A stretch of 64,000 nucleotides of DNA, taken from positions 1 to 64,000 of the forward strand of contig CAYVYK010000001.1 of assembly GCA_964455675.1 (NCBI GenBank), given 5' to 3'. The DNA comes from an uncultured Methanosarcinales archaeon (GTDB taxonomy: Archaea > Nanobdellota > Nanobdellia > Woesearchaeales > CAYVYK01). Below are positions 46,074 through 55,999 of the stretch, piece by piece (the first letter of the stretch is position 1; each line of letters starts with the position of its first letter). The position numbers were made by a program, and so were the translations under genes. Below the pieces are notes generated by a model that saw only the letters and a program-made list of their open reading frames with translations, was not told where the DNA came from and did no database searches.

Positions 46074-46547
46074 ATGCCGGCACGAAACTGGGCGCTCCAT
46101 GTAAAGGTCTCGGTGTTTTGCAAGCCTGAGGATGATCTGGAATCAGTGCGCTCTGCTCTCGTGAAGCTTTTTCCCTTTGACCTTGCAGGTGAGAAAATCA
46201 AGGTTGAGGAGTCGCGCGCCGAGGGCTTTAATGATCGTCAGATTCGGATCCTTGATGTTTTTATCAAGAAGGAGTCGCTCACGCAAGTATTCTTAAAACA
46301 TCTGATGTCCAACCTGTCAAGTGATCAGAAGGAATTCCTTCTCCGCCATGTGATGGAGAATATGGACGATCGCATGAATTTCATGATTGATCTTGACAAG
46401 AACCGCCTCCAGGTTGGCCAGTTCTGGGCGGTCCAGAAAGGTCCATGTTATCATATCAGGGTGCGTATGGCCGCATTCCCAAAAACGAGAGAAGCCGCCG
46501 CGGAGAGAGTCCGCGACATGCTGTCGTACGAAAGCCGAAACGTTTAA
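46074..46547 (+). CDS. Archaeal RNA-binding protein (DUF54/UPF0201-like)
   Basis: V.VF..PEDD...V..AL...G...I.IL...LDK pattern. Confidence 0.6.
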   Translation: MPARNWALHVKVSVFCKPEDDLESVRSALVKLFPFDLAGEKIKVEESRAEGFNDRQIRILDVFIKKESLTQVFLKHLMSNLSSDQKEFLLRHVMENMDDRMNFMIDLDKNRLQVGQFWAVQKGPCYHIRVRMAAFPKTREAAAERVRDMLSYESRNV

Positions 46548-46572
46548 AAACTCAAATTCCCAAGGAGGAGGT

Positions 46573-46794
46573 ATGGCACAGTTTCATGCAGCTCCCCTGA
46601 AGAGTTCTTTTATGATCATGGCAATATTTGGATTTTTCATCTCCGTGTTCTATGTGGACAATCTGCTCGGGAATACGTGGGCAATCGCTTTCGCAACGGT
46701 GTTTCTCGTGATGATCATTTCTGCGATTGTCTCCATGACGCATGCTCCAGTGCAGGATTATGATGTCGAAGCTCACCGGATGAAAAAGAATTAA
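46573..46794 (+). CDS. Small two-TM membrane protein
   Basis: ggagg SD, then MAQFHAAPLKSSFM with two hydrophobic segments. Confidence 0.65.
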   Translation: MAQFHAAPLKSSFMIMAIFGFFISVFYVDNLLGNTWAIAFATVFLVMIISAIVSMTHAPVQDYDVEAHRMKKN

Positions 46795-46825
46795 TTATTT
46801 AAAGCGAGTTTTGTTTGTGCTTGAT

Positions 46826-48361
46826 ATGCGTACCGAAATATCTATCGAGGATATGGCCGTGTTCTGCAAGCGTAAGGGTTTTGTCTACCCGAATAGTGAG
46901 CTCTATAACGGTCTTGCGGGATTCTTTGACTTCGGTCCCTATGGTGCTGAATTGAAGAATAACATCAAGCAAGCGTGGTGGAAATATTTTGTTCATGATA
47001 GGGAGGACATTGTAGGGATTGATGGGTCTATCATTTGCCACCCGAAGGTATGGGTTGCTTCTGGTCATGTCGCTGTCTTCAACGATCCGATCGTGGAGTG
47101 CACAAAATGCGCTGAGAAGTATCGTGCCGACCATCTTATTGAGGAGAATACTGATGTAAAGGTGGAAGGTTTGAAGGCTGCTGAGCTGAATAAGATTCTT
47201 CAGGATAGTGGGCTGTCATGTCCGAAGTGCAAGGGTAAGCTTGGTGAAGTTGGTGATTTTAATATGATGTTCACGACGGCGGTTGGACCAAAGGGTGCTG
47301 GGGATAATCGCGCGTTTCTTCGTCCTGAGACTGCTCAGTTGATGTTCACGAATTTTCGCGCGGTGATCGAGAATGCCCGCATGAAGCTTCCGTTTGGCAT
47401 TGCTCAGATGGGAAAGTCGTTTCGAAACGAGATTTCTCCTCGGAATTTCCTCTTTAGGTGCCGGGAGTTTGAGCAGATGGAGATTGAGTATTTTGTCCAT
47501 CCGGATCTCCGCACAGAGTGCCCCTACACGGATTTTGGGACATGGAAGATGAAGGTATATAGCGCTGACATGCAGGCCAAAGGTCAGCCCGAGAAGCTAA
47601 TGTCAGTAAAGGATGCGCTCAAGAAAAAGATCATCAAGAATCCTTGGCATGCGTATTGGCTTGCCGCATCCCACAGCTGGTTCGTGAATCATGGTACAAG
47701 ATCTGAAAAGCTTCGAGTCCGCCAGCACTTGGAGCACGAGAAGAGCCATTATGCGTCGGACACCTGGGACTTGGAGTACCAATTCCCGTTTGGTTGGAAG
47801 GAACTTGAGGGAATCGCCGACCGTGGTGACTATGATCTCCAGCAGCACATGAAGTATTCCGGGAAGGACTTGGGTATTTTTGATGAAGCGACAAAGAAGA
47901 AGGTCGTCCCTCATGTGATTGCCGAACCATCCCTCGGTGTTGAGCGTTCGTTCCTCGTATTCCTCTTTGATGCGTATGAGGACTCAAAGGAAAGAGGGAA
48001 TATCGTTCTCCACCTGCATCCAAGTATCGCGCCAATCAAGGTTGGCATCTTTCCGCTCGTGGGGAAGCTCGAGGAGGAAGCTCACAAGGTTTTCAAGGAT
48101 CTGCAGAAGTCGTTCACGTGTGTATTTGATAGGTCAGGTAGTATTGGTCGTAGGTACGCTCGGGCTGATGAGCTCGGCATACCATTCTGCGTTACGGTAG
48201 ATTTTGAGAGTGGTACAGTGACCGTGCGCGACCGCGAAACCACAGCCCAGGTTCGTGTTCCAATTCCAAAATTGAAGGAATCCCTCCAAGGCCTTATCGA
48301 TGGTACGCGTGATTTCAAGGACATCGGCCCTAAGGTCGAGCCAAGCGATACGTTTAAATAA
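46826..48361 (+). CDS. glyS: Glycine--tRNA ligase (alpha2 type)
   Basis: DFGPYG..LKNN, LRPETAQ, GKSFRNEISPR..LFR.REFEQME and SIGRRYAR.DE.G.P. Confidence 0.95.
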   Translation: MRTEISIEDMAVFCKRKGFVYPNSELYNGLAGFFDFGPYGAELKNNIKQAWWKYFVHDREDIVGIDGSIICHPKVWVASGHVAVFNDPIVECTKCAEKYRADHLIEENTDVKVEGLKAAELNKILQDSGLSCPKCKGKLGEVGDFNMMFTTAVGPKGAGDNRAFLRPETAQLMFTNFRAVIENARMKLPFGIAQMGKSFRNEISPRNFLFRCREFEQMEIEYFVHPDLRTECPYTDFGTWKMKVYSADMQAKGQPEKLMSVKDALKKKIIKNPWHAYWLAASHSWFVNHGTRSEKLRVRQHLEHEKSHYASDTWDLEYQFPFGWKELEGIADRGDYDLQQHMKYSGKDLGIFDEATKKKVVPHVIAEPSLGVERSFLVFLFDAYEDSKERGNIVLHLHPSIAPIKVGIFPLVGKLEEEAHKVFKDLQKSFTCVFDRSGSIGRRYARADELGIPFCVTVDFESGTVTVRDRETTAQVRVPIPKLKESLQGLIDGTRDFKDIGPKVEPSDTFK

Positions 48362-48392
48362 GATTATTGGATTCTCGAGGATGGTGGTTGTA

Positions 48393-48794
48393 ATGCAAAT
48401 CAAGGACTTGCAAATTCGTCAGGGTAACATTGATCTTGTTGCTGATGTGACTGAAAAGGGAGATATCCGCACGTTTGAGAAGTTTGGTCGCCAGGGTAAG
48501 GTATGCAATGTTGTGGTCAAGGATGAATCCGGTGAAATCAAGCTCAGCCTCTTCAATGATGATGTTGATAAGGTCCATGTTGGCGATAAAGTCCATGTCC
48601 AGAATGGCTGGGTTTCCGAGTGGCAAGGGGAAAAGCAGCTGTCCGCAGGAAAATTTGGCAAGCTTGTTGTTGTGGGAAAGGCCTCTGAACTGCCGAAGGA
48701 AAAACCAAAGGAAGAGCCAAAGAAGCAGGGCGAAACTGACGCTGACGAGTTCGATGAGGATCTCGACGTCGATGAAGAAGACATAGAGATGTAA
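48393..48794 (+). CDS. Single OB-fold ssDNA-binding protein with acidic tail
   Basis: DESGEIKLSLF...V..GD.V...NGWVSEWQG...L..GK; D/E-rich C-terminus. Confidence 0.8.
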   Translation: MQIKDLQIRQGNIDLVADVTEKGDIRTFEKFGRQGKVCNVVVKDESGEIKLSLFNDDVDKVHVGDKVHVQNGWVSEWQGEKQLSAGKFGKLVVVGKASELPKEKPKEEPKKQGETDADEFDEDLDVDEEDIEM

Positions 48795-48872
48795 GATCGC
48801 TCGTAATATTTTTCTCGTGCGGTATGCAATGAGTTAGTTTTATAAACCACCCCGAAATCGTTGAATTTCACT

Positions 48873-48946
48873 GGGGACGTAGCTCAGCCTGGGAGAGCAC
48901 TACGCTGAAGACGTAGGTGTCCGGGATTCAAATTCCCGCGTCCCCA
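48873..48946 (+). tRNA. tRNA-Phe (GAA), no intron, CCA not encoded
   Basis: Acceptor ggggacg/cgtcccc, D arm gctc-agcctggga-gagc, anticodon arm ctacg-ctGAAga-cgtag, T arm cggga-ttcaaat-tcccg; TATA element near 48840. Confidence 0.96.
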
Positions 48947-49068
48947 TCAAAGATGGGGCAAGGGTTCAGAAATCCAACAGGGATTTCTCGCCACCCGCGT
49001 CCCCACTCAAGGTGGGGCGAGGGTACCAAAAATTGCGCAGCAATTTTTCTGTACCAGCGTCCCCATTC
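48935..49068 (+). repeat. Degenerate ~60-bp tandem repeats of the tRNA-Phe 3' end
   Basis: cccgcgtcccca at 48935, cccgcgtccccca at 48994 and ccagcgtcccca at 49054. Confidence 0.75.
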
Positions 49069-49160
49069 CTATTCTTACGAATGACTTGCGAGATTTCAGT
49101 GTTCCAACCTATGGTTTGGCCTAAAACAATCTTTATATCCCGGCGGGTCTTTACTGCTCT

Positions 49161-50810
49161 ATGCGGCTTCCCGAAACGCACTACATCGTCGTGACGGGGG
49201 GTGTTCTCTCGGGTTTAGGTAAGGGTGTTGTCACTGCGTCTCTTGGCGCGCTCTTGAAGGCGCAAGGATACAAGGTCAGCGCTGTCAAGATCGATCCGTA
49301 CATCAATATCGACGCAGGTACAATGCGTCCAACCGAGCATGGTGAGGTGTTCGTTACGGATGATGGTGGCGAGACCGATCAGGATCTTGGCACGTACGAA
49401 CGATTCCTGAACGTGACGATTCCAAAGTCGCATAGCATTACAACGGGCCAAGTGTATCTCTCAGTCATAGAGAAAGAGCGTAATTTGGAGTATCAGGGAA
49501 AGTGTGTCGAAGTCATTCCTCATATTCCTCGCGAGGTCCAGCGCCGTTTGTATGCCATTGCAGAGAGCGAGAATCTTGATTTCCTCCTGATTGAAGTTGG
49601 TGGTACAATCGGTGACTACCAGAGCGTTCTCTTCCTCGAGGCCGCGCGTGAGATGAAGTATCGCAAGAAGAAGGTTGTCTTTATTCACGTTGCATACCTT
49701 CCGATTCCGAATAATATTGGCGAGATGAAGACAAAGCCCACGCAGCATTCCGTTCGTGAGTTGATGAGTTCTGGGATCCAGCCTGATTTTATCGTCGCAA
49801 GAGGCCAGAAACCGCTCGATGATGTGCGGCGTGAGAAGATTTCAATGTTTTGTAACGTCGAGCCAAGCATGGTCCTTAGCGCGCCTGATTGTGATAGCAT
49901 TTATGAGGTTCCCATTCTCTTCCAAAAGCAGCAGTTCACGGAGAAGGTTTTCCAGCTATTTGGTTTGCCCTATGACAGGTCAAGCAATGGGATGGATGAG
50001 TGGAAGGCTGTCCTTGAGCGGATGCGCGCTCCGAGTAGTGAAGTTCGTATCGGAATTATTGGTAAATATTTTGACATCGGTGATTTCACGCTCGCAGACT
50101 CATACGTGTCAGTCATTGAGGCGGTCAAGCATGCGGCATCCCATCTTGGCATTCGTGCGAAGATCTTATGGATTGACTCCAAGAAGTATGAGTCTGTTCC
50201 TCCGTCGGAATTGGAGGACGTTCACGGCGTAATTATCCCTGGCGCGTTTGGGGCAACGGGTGTTGAGGGAAAGATTAACGCGATCAAGTTCTGTCGTGAG
50301 AATAATATCCCGTTCCTTGGTTTGTGCTACGGCCTCCAGCTTGCTGTCGTGGAATTTGCCAGAAACAAGATGGGGCTCATGGGTGCTCATACGACTGAAA
50401 TTAATCCGGCAGCGTCCCATCCCGTGATCGATCTTCTTCCCGAACAGCGGCAGAATATGAAAGAGAAGAGGTTTGGCGCAACGATGCGTCTTGGTGCATA
50501 CCCAGCACGATTACTTCCAGGTTCGAAGGTGGAGGAAGCGTATGGGTCCTGCCTTGCAAGCGAGCGCCATCGTCATAGGTTTGAGGTGAATCCTGATTAT
50601 GTGCAGCGCCTTATGGATGCGGGTCTTGTGATTTCTGGCTCATCTCCTGATGAGCGCCTTGTGGAGTTTGTTGAGCTTAATGATCATCCATTCTTTGTGG
50701 GAACGCAGGCGCATCCAGAGTTTAAGTCAAGGTTCCTAAGTCCTAGCCCTCTCTTCTTAAGGTTTTTAGGGGAGGCTTCGAAGCGTGAAGCAGAGATGAG
50801 GAAGTCGTAG
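49161..50810 (+). CDS. pyrG: CTP synthase
   Basis: GGVLSGLGKG, KTKPTQHSV, GLCYGLQ, ERHRHR and QAHPEF. Confidence 0.97.
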   Translation: MRLPETHYIVVTGGVLSGLGKGVVTASLGALLKAQGYKVSAVKIDPYINIDAGTMRPTEHGEVFVTDDGGETDQDLGTYERFLNVTIPKSHSITTGQVYLSVIEKERNLEYQGKCVEVIPHIPREVQRRLYAIAESENLDFLLIEVGGTIGDYQSVLFLEAAREMKYRKKKVVFIHVAYLPIPNNIGEMKTKPTQHSVRELMSSGIQPDFIVARGQKPLDDVRREKISMFCNVEPSMVLSAPDCDSIYEVPILFQKQQFTEKVFQLFGLPYDRSSNGMDEWKAVLERMRAPSSEVRIGIIGKYFDIGDFTLADSYVSVIEAVKHAASHLGIRAKILWIDSKKYESVPPSELEDVHGVIIPGAFGATGVEGKINAIKFCRENNIPFLGLCYGLQLAVVEFARNKMGLMGAHTTEINPAASHPVIDLLPEQRQNMKEKRFGATMRLGAYPARLLPGSKVEEAYGSCLASERHRHRFEVNPDYVQRLMDAGLVISGSSPDERLVEFVELNDHPFFVGTQAHPEFKSRFLSPSPLFLRFLGEASKREAEMRKS

Positions 50811-50859
50811 AGCGCGTACTTTAACAAGATTTATAAAACACCGTGCCACCCTGTCGTCC

Positions 50860-51447
50860 ATGCGAAGGGACAGAACTGATAAGCGCAAACAGTGGATTTT
50901 GGGTATCTTCATTTCTCTTATCATGGTTACGAGCGTGTTTAGCATACTTGTTGGCGGCTTTAACCAAGGTTCTGGCAGTACACGGTACAATGGGTACAAG
51001 TTCTCACTTTCTCAGGTAGGGTACTATACCAAGTTCAATGGTAAACGGCTTGATGTGGATGTTCTTCCCCAGATAGTGGAAGGCGTACCGCTCGATCCCG
51101 CAATCGTGAAGATTATTATGGACTCCCCCCAAGTGTTCGTAAGCTATGATCATAATGTGACTTCCGCCCAGATGATGGCTGCTGCTCAGTATGGCCTTGC
51201 AGACACTCTCGGGAAGCACTTTGGTAAGTTTGTGAGCACGGCGTTCACAAGTGAGAATCCGTACAGTCGGCCAGTAATAACGTGTGCGAACGCGACAGCC
51301 TCCACCCCGGTCATCGTTCTGCAGGAGGCGTACACCACAGGGATTAGGCTTGAGGGAACCTGCATTATTCTTGAGGCTACCTCGCAGGAAGAATTCGTGG
51401 CGTTGAAGGATAGGGTTGTGTACGGCGTTACAGGTATTATCAAATGA
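50860..51447 (+). CDS. Membrane-anchored hypothetical protein
   Basis: N-terminal TM helix, YNGYKF; paralogous to the next gene. Confidence 0.7.
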   Translation: MRRDRTDKRKQWILGIFISLIMVTSVFSILVGGFNQGSGSTRYNGYKFSLSQVGYYTKFNGKRLDVDVLPQIVEGVPLDPAIVKIIMDSPQVFVSYDHNVTSAQMMAAAQYGLADTLGKHFGKFVSTAFTSENPYSRPVITCANATASTPVIVLQEAYTTGIRLEGTCIILEATSQEEFVALKDRVVYGVTGIIK

Positions 51448-52088
51448 ACGAAGAATCCGATGATAAGCTTTCAAGAACGGAAAAGATAGTGTATGCCCTG
51501 TTATGTCTAGCAATCATTGGAGGCATTATGTATTTAGGGTGGTACTTGCGACATCCAAATCCTAAGGGAGTACAGCTTTCTCCGGTGTATAATGGTTTTA
51601 ACTTTGAATTTGTTGACGGTCAGTGGATGACGGAGTGGCAGGGGCGTCAGTACCGTTATCAGCTCGCATTTAGGTATCACCCACAGGAGCTTGAGAATAT
51701 TTCTATGACGTATGGTGAGAGTATTACGTTTAATGAGGCGCGGGGTTCGCCCCCCATGCTGTATCTGGCGTTCGATCCATACGAGGATAATGAGTCTTTG
51801 GCGTATCTTGCATTTGAGAACGCTGAGATTTCCAAGACGTTTGTGATGTTCCTTGATACGAATGTGACGCCGGTATGCACGAGTATATTTGAGGGTGTCT
51901 GTCCGACGGAAAATGAGGTGATGACGTGCGATACGGTGACGGATAAGGCGATCGTGTTTTTGGACGCGTCTCCAGGTCCGTCGGTAAGCGTGAACAAGAA
52001 TTGCGTGATTATCCGAGGCGAGGGCGAGGATCTCATTCGTGCGGGTGAGCGTTTCCTGTACACGAGCATCTTTCGCATCATGAAATGA
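51444..52088 (+). CDS. Membrane-anchored hypothetical protein (paralog of upstream gene)
   Basis: N-terminal TM helix, YNGFNF; shared TC...CxI...RxxY C-terminus. Confidence 0.7.
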   Translation: MNEESDDKLSRTEKIVYALLCLAIIGGIMYLGWYLRHPNPKGVQLSPVYNGFNFEFVDGQWMTEWQGRQYRYQLAFRYHPQELENISMTYGESITFNEARGSPPMLYLAFDPYEDNESLAYLAFENAEISKTFVMFLDTNVTPVCTSIFEGVCPTENEVMTCDTVTDKAIVFLDASPGPSVSVNKNCVIIRGEGEDLIRAGERFLYTSIFRIMK

Positions 52089-52678
52089 CCCAGTACTTTG
52101 AAGATTCTAAGGATATTGCTTTCTTTCCGAAGGAAATAAAGAATTCTTATGGGCTGCAGGTCTTCACTGCCGCAGGTGTTTTCTCGCCAAAGCGTGTTGA
52201 CAAAGGTACAGAGATCCTGATTGATTCTGCAATCATTCCAAAAGAGGGCATGGTGCTCGATCTTGGGTGCGGATATGGTATTGTCGGACTGGTAATCGCG
52301 CACGAGAATCCCCATCTTGTTGTGGTAATGTCCGATGTGAACCCTCGCTGCGTGAAGCTTGCGAGGATGAATGTGAAAAAGAATAACCTCACGAACGCAC
52401 GGGTTGTAGTTTCTGACGGATTTGCGAATGTGCCGGAGGTTTTTGATACAATTGTTCAAAATCCCCCTCAAGCCGCAGGAAAGGACGTCTGCTTAGGGAT
52501 GATCAGGGGTTCCTTTGATCACTTGAAGACTGGTGGCTCGCTCCAGATCGTCGGCCGTCACAATGTTGGCGGAAGATCTCTTGAGAAAATGATGAAAGAG
52601 ATTTTTAAAAATGTGGAAGTAAGAGAAAAGAAAAGTGGATACTGGGTGTATGTATCCCGAAAAATCACTTCTTCTTAG
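52085..52678 (+). CDS. RsmC-like class I SAM-dependent methyltransferase
   Basis: GVFS..RVD.GT, LDLGCGYG and NPP. Confidence 0.85.
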   Translation: MTQYFEDSKDIAFFPKEIKNSYGLQVFTAAGVFSPKRVDKGTEILIDSAIIPKEGMVLDLGCGYGIVGLVIAHENPHLVVVMSDVNPRCVKLARMNVKKNNLTNARVVVSDGFANVPEVFDTIVQNPPQAAGKDVCLGMIRGSFDHLKTGGSLQIVGRHNVGGRSLEKMMKEIFKNVEVREKKSGYWVYVSRKITSS

Positions 52679-53141
52679 GTGGTGATGGCGCTTTTCTCGG
52701 CGCTTCAGGACTCTCGCTTTTCTGTTCCACCTGATCCGGCTTCTTGTCGACTTTGGGAAGTGGAATGGGCGGTGGCAGATTGACATCCCTGCTAAGGAGC
52801 AGTGCCTCAATGTTGCATTTCACAAGGATGTGATTGAGAACTGTTCTCATGATGTCTTCGGGAAGGTTTTTGGTGGCTTCCCACTGCTTGACGATATCGG
52901 TGTTATTTGAGTCGGCTAGCCAGAGTACGTCTCCTTCCATGAGTATTTCCCCCATGTCAGGTTCATATTTTGAGACGAATCGGAAATCGACTTTCAGCGT
53001 CTTCTGCATGGTGCCACCAAGGCCTATTTCTTCTTCCTTGACGCGGGTCACGCTGATGTTGTTGTTGATATTGATCTTTCCTTCTCCTGCTTTCTTGCGT
53101 TCAACCATTATTTTGTTAAGGTTAAATCCAATGATGGACAT
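52665..53141 (-). CDS. Conserved archaeal hypothetical protein (possibly SecB-like fold)
   Basis: Beta-strand-rich N-terminus, helix, then LPPPIPLP. The fold call is a guess. Confidence 0.55.
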   Translation of the reverse strand: MSIIGFNLNKIMVERKKAGEGKININNNISVTRVKEEEIGLGGTMQKTLKVDFRFVSKYEPDMGEILMEGDVLWLADSNNTDIVKQWEATKNLPEDIMRTVLNHILVKCNIEALLLSRDVNLPPPIPLPKVDKKPDQVEQKSESPEAPRKAPSPPKKK

Positions 53142-53245
53142 GCTATCACCTGAGAAAAAAGTAACAGCGCGCGTTATTTAAATCTTGCCAGAGATTCCAT
53201 GGAATTCCTGTAATATTTAAAAAGGGGCGCCCACACCGGTAGTAT

Positions 53246-54223
53246 ATGCTTAGTAAACGCCAGGACAAGTATGGGTACAGGCCTGTGGAAACTGCAAAGG
53301 TGGATCATCTTCCGAAGATAGGGGGGTATGACTTTGACGCAAAGTTTGATTTTGATAAGTTCATTGCTGCCTATGCGACTACGGGGTTTCAGGCAACGCA
53401 TTTTTCCCGCGCTATCGAGATTTGGAACGAGATGCAAAGTGCGAAGGCCACGGTGTTTCTCACGTATACATCAAACATGATCACTTCTGGCGTGAGGGAG
53501 TCCATCAGGCATCTGGTCAAGCATAAGAAGGTACATGTGCTCGTTACCTCCGCTGGTGGTATCGAGGAAGACCTTATCAAGTGCCTTAAGCCTTTTGTCG
53601 TTGGTAGATTTGACGCACCTGGGCGAGTTCTATTTAGCAAAGGTATCAATCGAACTGGAAACGTCTTTGTCCCAAACGATCGCTTCCTTCACTTCGAGCG
53701 TTTTTTTAATGAAACGATGGAGAAGCTGTACAAGAAACAGAAGGTCTTTCATACTGTTGAGATGATCAGGGAGCTAGGGCTTGCGATCCATGATGAGTCG
53801 TCCGTTCTGTATTGGGCGGCAAAGAATGACATTCCGGTGTTCTGTCCTGTCATCACCGACGGTTCGATTGGCGACCTCATCCAGTTCTTTAAGCAGCGTC
53901 ATCCTGACTTTCTGCTCGATGTTTCAAAGGATATCGTTGAGATCACGAAGATTTCCTTGAACACGGAGGTATCAGGTGTCGTATGTCTTGGTGGAGGGTC
54001 TCCGAAGCATTTTGCGCTGAATGCGAATATTTTCAAGGACGGTGCAGACTTCGCAATCTACATTAATACTGCTCAGGAGTATGATGGATCTGATTCAGGC
54101 GCGGCACCTGATGAGGCCGTGACATGGGCGAAGATAAAACCAAACGCTCCGAGCATCAAGGTGTTTGGTGACGCTTCGATTCTTTTTCCGCTCCTAGTTG
54201 CCGCGACGAGGAAGAAGAAATGA
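53246..54223 (+). CDS. dys: Deoxyhypusine synthase
   Basis: TGFQAT, YTSNM..SG.R, AGGIEED, DGSIGD and DGSDSGA.P.EA..W.K. Confidence 0.95.
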   Translation: MLSKRQDKYGYRPVETAKVDHLPKIGGYDFDAKFDFDKFIAAYATTGFQATHFSRAIEIWNEMQSAKATVFLTYTSNMITSGVRESIRHLVKHKKVHVLVTSAGGIEEDLIKCLKPFVVGRFDAPGRVLFSKGINRTGNVFVPNDRFLHFERFFNETMEKLYKKQKVFHTVEMIRELGLAIHDESSVLYWAAKNDIPVFCPVITDGSIGDLIQFFKQRHPDFLLDVSKDIVEITKISLNTEVSGVVCLGGGSPKHFALNANIFKDGADFAIYINTAQEYDGSDSGAAPDEAVTWAKIKPNAPSIKVFGDASILFPLLVAATRKKK

Positions 54224-54927
54224 CGAAGATACTCTACTTGGAAGATCCCTACGTGAAAGAGTTCAACGCAAAAGTTGTTGAGGTTTTTGGTGATGCTATT
54301 GTGCTTGACTGCACCGCGTTCTACCCGGAAGGCGGCGGTCAGCCGACAGATAAGGGTACGCTGACAGACCAGCAGGGAAATAGGTTAAGCGTTCTTTCTG
54401 TGGCAAAGCGTGACGGAAAGATTCTGCACAAGATCGATCATCCTCTCCTCAAGCCTGGCGACGAGGTTCGCGCAGTGCTTGACTGGGAAAGGAGGTATAA
54501 GCTCATGCGTGCGCATACCGCAGCTCATCTTGTTTCTGGTGTGTTCTCGAAGGAAACGGGTGCGCTCATTACCGGAAACCAGCTCGGTCTTGAGGAGATC
54601 CGCATTGATTTTGATCTTGAGACTCTCGACCGCGAGAAAATTGCCGAATATTTTCGAAGATGTAATGAGCTCATAGCGCAGGACCTTATGATCAAGGATT
54701 ACTACATGCCAAGGGCTGATGCAGAAAAAGATCCGTCCCTCTTCAAGCTAGCAAAACTTCTTCCCCCCTCGCTGAAAGAATTGCATATTATTGATATCGT
54801 CGGTTTTGACCGCCAGGCCGATGCTGGAACGCATGTGAAAAGCCTCAGGGAAATAGGCCGCATCGAGTTCCTCCGCGTGGAGAACAAGGGCAAGAGCAAT
54901 CGTAGGGTATATTTTCGGGTTGGATAA
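54220..54927 (+). CDS. alaXM: AlaX-M alanyl-tRNA editing protein
   Basis: FYPEGGGQP.D.G, HTA.HL and GTHV motifs. Confidence 0.88.
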   Translation: MTKILYLEDPYVKEFNAKVVEVFGDAIVLDCTAFYPEGGGQPTDKGTLTDQQGNRLSVLSVAKRDGKILHKIDHPLLKPGDEVRAVLDWERRYKLMRAHTAAHLVSGVFSKETGALITGNQLGLEEIRIDFDLETLDREKIAEYFRRCNELIAQDLMIKDYYMPRADAEKDPSLFKLAKLLPPSLKELHIIDIVGFDRQADAGTHVKSLREIGRIEFLRVENKGKSNRRVYFRVG

Positions 54928-55700
54928 TGCTACCGTTTGTTGACGTCCACTGCCATCTTGACCATCCGTGGTTTGACACTGATCGTGATGACGTAATCAG
55001 GCGTGCAGAGGATGCTGGGGTTTCTGTTATAATAACGCACGGGATTAATCCAGCGACGAACAGAAAGACGCTTGATCTTGCAGAGAAATACCCCTGTGTA
55101 AAATCTGCGCTTGGAATTTACCCTGTGGATGCGTTCAAACGCGAGGCCGACAGTGTGTGGCCGTATCATGAGTTTGATGTCGATGAGGAGATCAAGTTTA
55201 TCAGGGCGAATGCAAAAAGGGTGGTTGGTATTGGAGAGATCGGCCTTGACGGCGTGGAAAAGTCGCAGGTGCATGAACAGATTATTGTGTTTGAGAGAAT
55301 GATTGCGCTTGCAGAGGATCTTAATCTTCCGATTATCGTTCACTCAAGGAAAGCGGAGCGCGAGGTGCTTGATGTGCTCGAGAAGCATCCGAGGTTGAAA
55401 GTGCTCTTGCACTGTTTTTGCGGTGGTAAAATCCTAATCGCGCGCGCGGAAAAGATGGGTTGCCATTTTTCCATTCCTGCAAATGTCGTGCGAAGCCAAG
55501 AGTTCCAATCCCTCGCAAAGATGGTAAGTATTAGTCGATTGCTGACCGAAACAGATGCTCCATTCCTCTCTCCCGTGCGGGGCGAGCGTTGCGAACCAGC
55601 ATCTGTTGTTGGATCCGTGCAAAAGATTGCGGAGATTAAGGGTATGACAATCGAGGAAACGGCGAAGAATATCTTTCTGAACTATCAGCGGCTGTTCTGA
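54927..55700 (+). CDS. tatD: TatD family hydrolase
   Basis: DVHCH, GEIGLD, HSRKAE, LHCF and ETDAP. Confidence 0.92.
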   Translation: MLPFVDVHCHLDHPWFDTDRDDVIRRAEDAGVSVIITHGINPATNRKTLDLAEKYPCVKSALGIYPVDAFKREADSVWPYHEFDVDEEIKFIRANAKRVVGIGEIGLDGVEKSQVHEQIIVFERMIALAEDLNLPIIVHSRKAEREVLDVLEKHPRLKVLLHCFCGGKILIARAEKMGCHFSIPANVVRSQEFQSLAKMVSISRLLTETDAPFLSPVRGERCEPASVVGSVQKIAEIKGMTIEETAKNIFLNYQRLF

Positions 55701-55739
55701 CCAACACATATTTATAGGAAAAAGATAAGGAATCATTCT

Positions 55740-55964
55740 ATGATAATCACGATTGATACGAAAAAGGACACAGAGGAGGATATAAGGAAGGCCGTGGATC
55801 TGCTAAAATCATTGCTGGGGAGTACTTCAAGCAGAGCGGAGCCGGAGACTCCAAGCCTAGGTCTCCTTTTTGATAGCCCTCCTATCGAGGATAAAAAGCC
55901 AGTGCCTGACGCTGCAAAGGTTGACGCTATAGAGGATAGCGAAGTCAGGATCATTCCATACTAG
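55740..55964 (+). CDS. Small hypothetical protein
   Basis: 74-aa ORF with an upstream TATA-like element, filling the gap between genes. Confidence 0.55.
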   Translation: MIITIDTKKDTEEDIRKAVDLLKSLLGSTSSRAEPETPSLGLLFDSPPIEDKKPVPDAAKVDAIEDSEVRIIPY

Positions 55965-55999
55965 AAACATTTTTATGACTGATTCTCCACACGCATGGT

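Noticed and set aside
48947..49160. Integrated provirus or island at tRNA-Phe
   Set aside because: No integrase or cargo is present; pyrG follows within about 215 bp.
51677..52471. Long antisense ORFs (this one, 24889-25599, 9453-10052 and others)
   Set aside because: They are shadows of well-supported genes on the opposite strand, with no motifs of their own.
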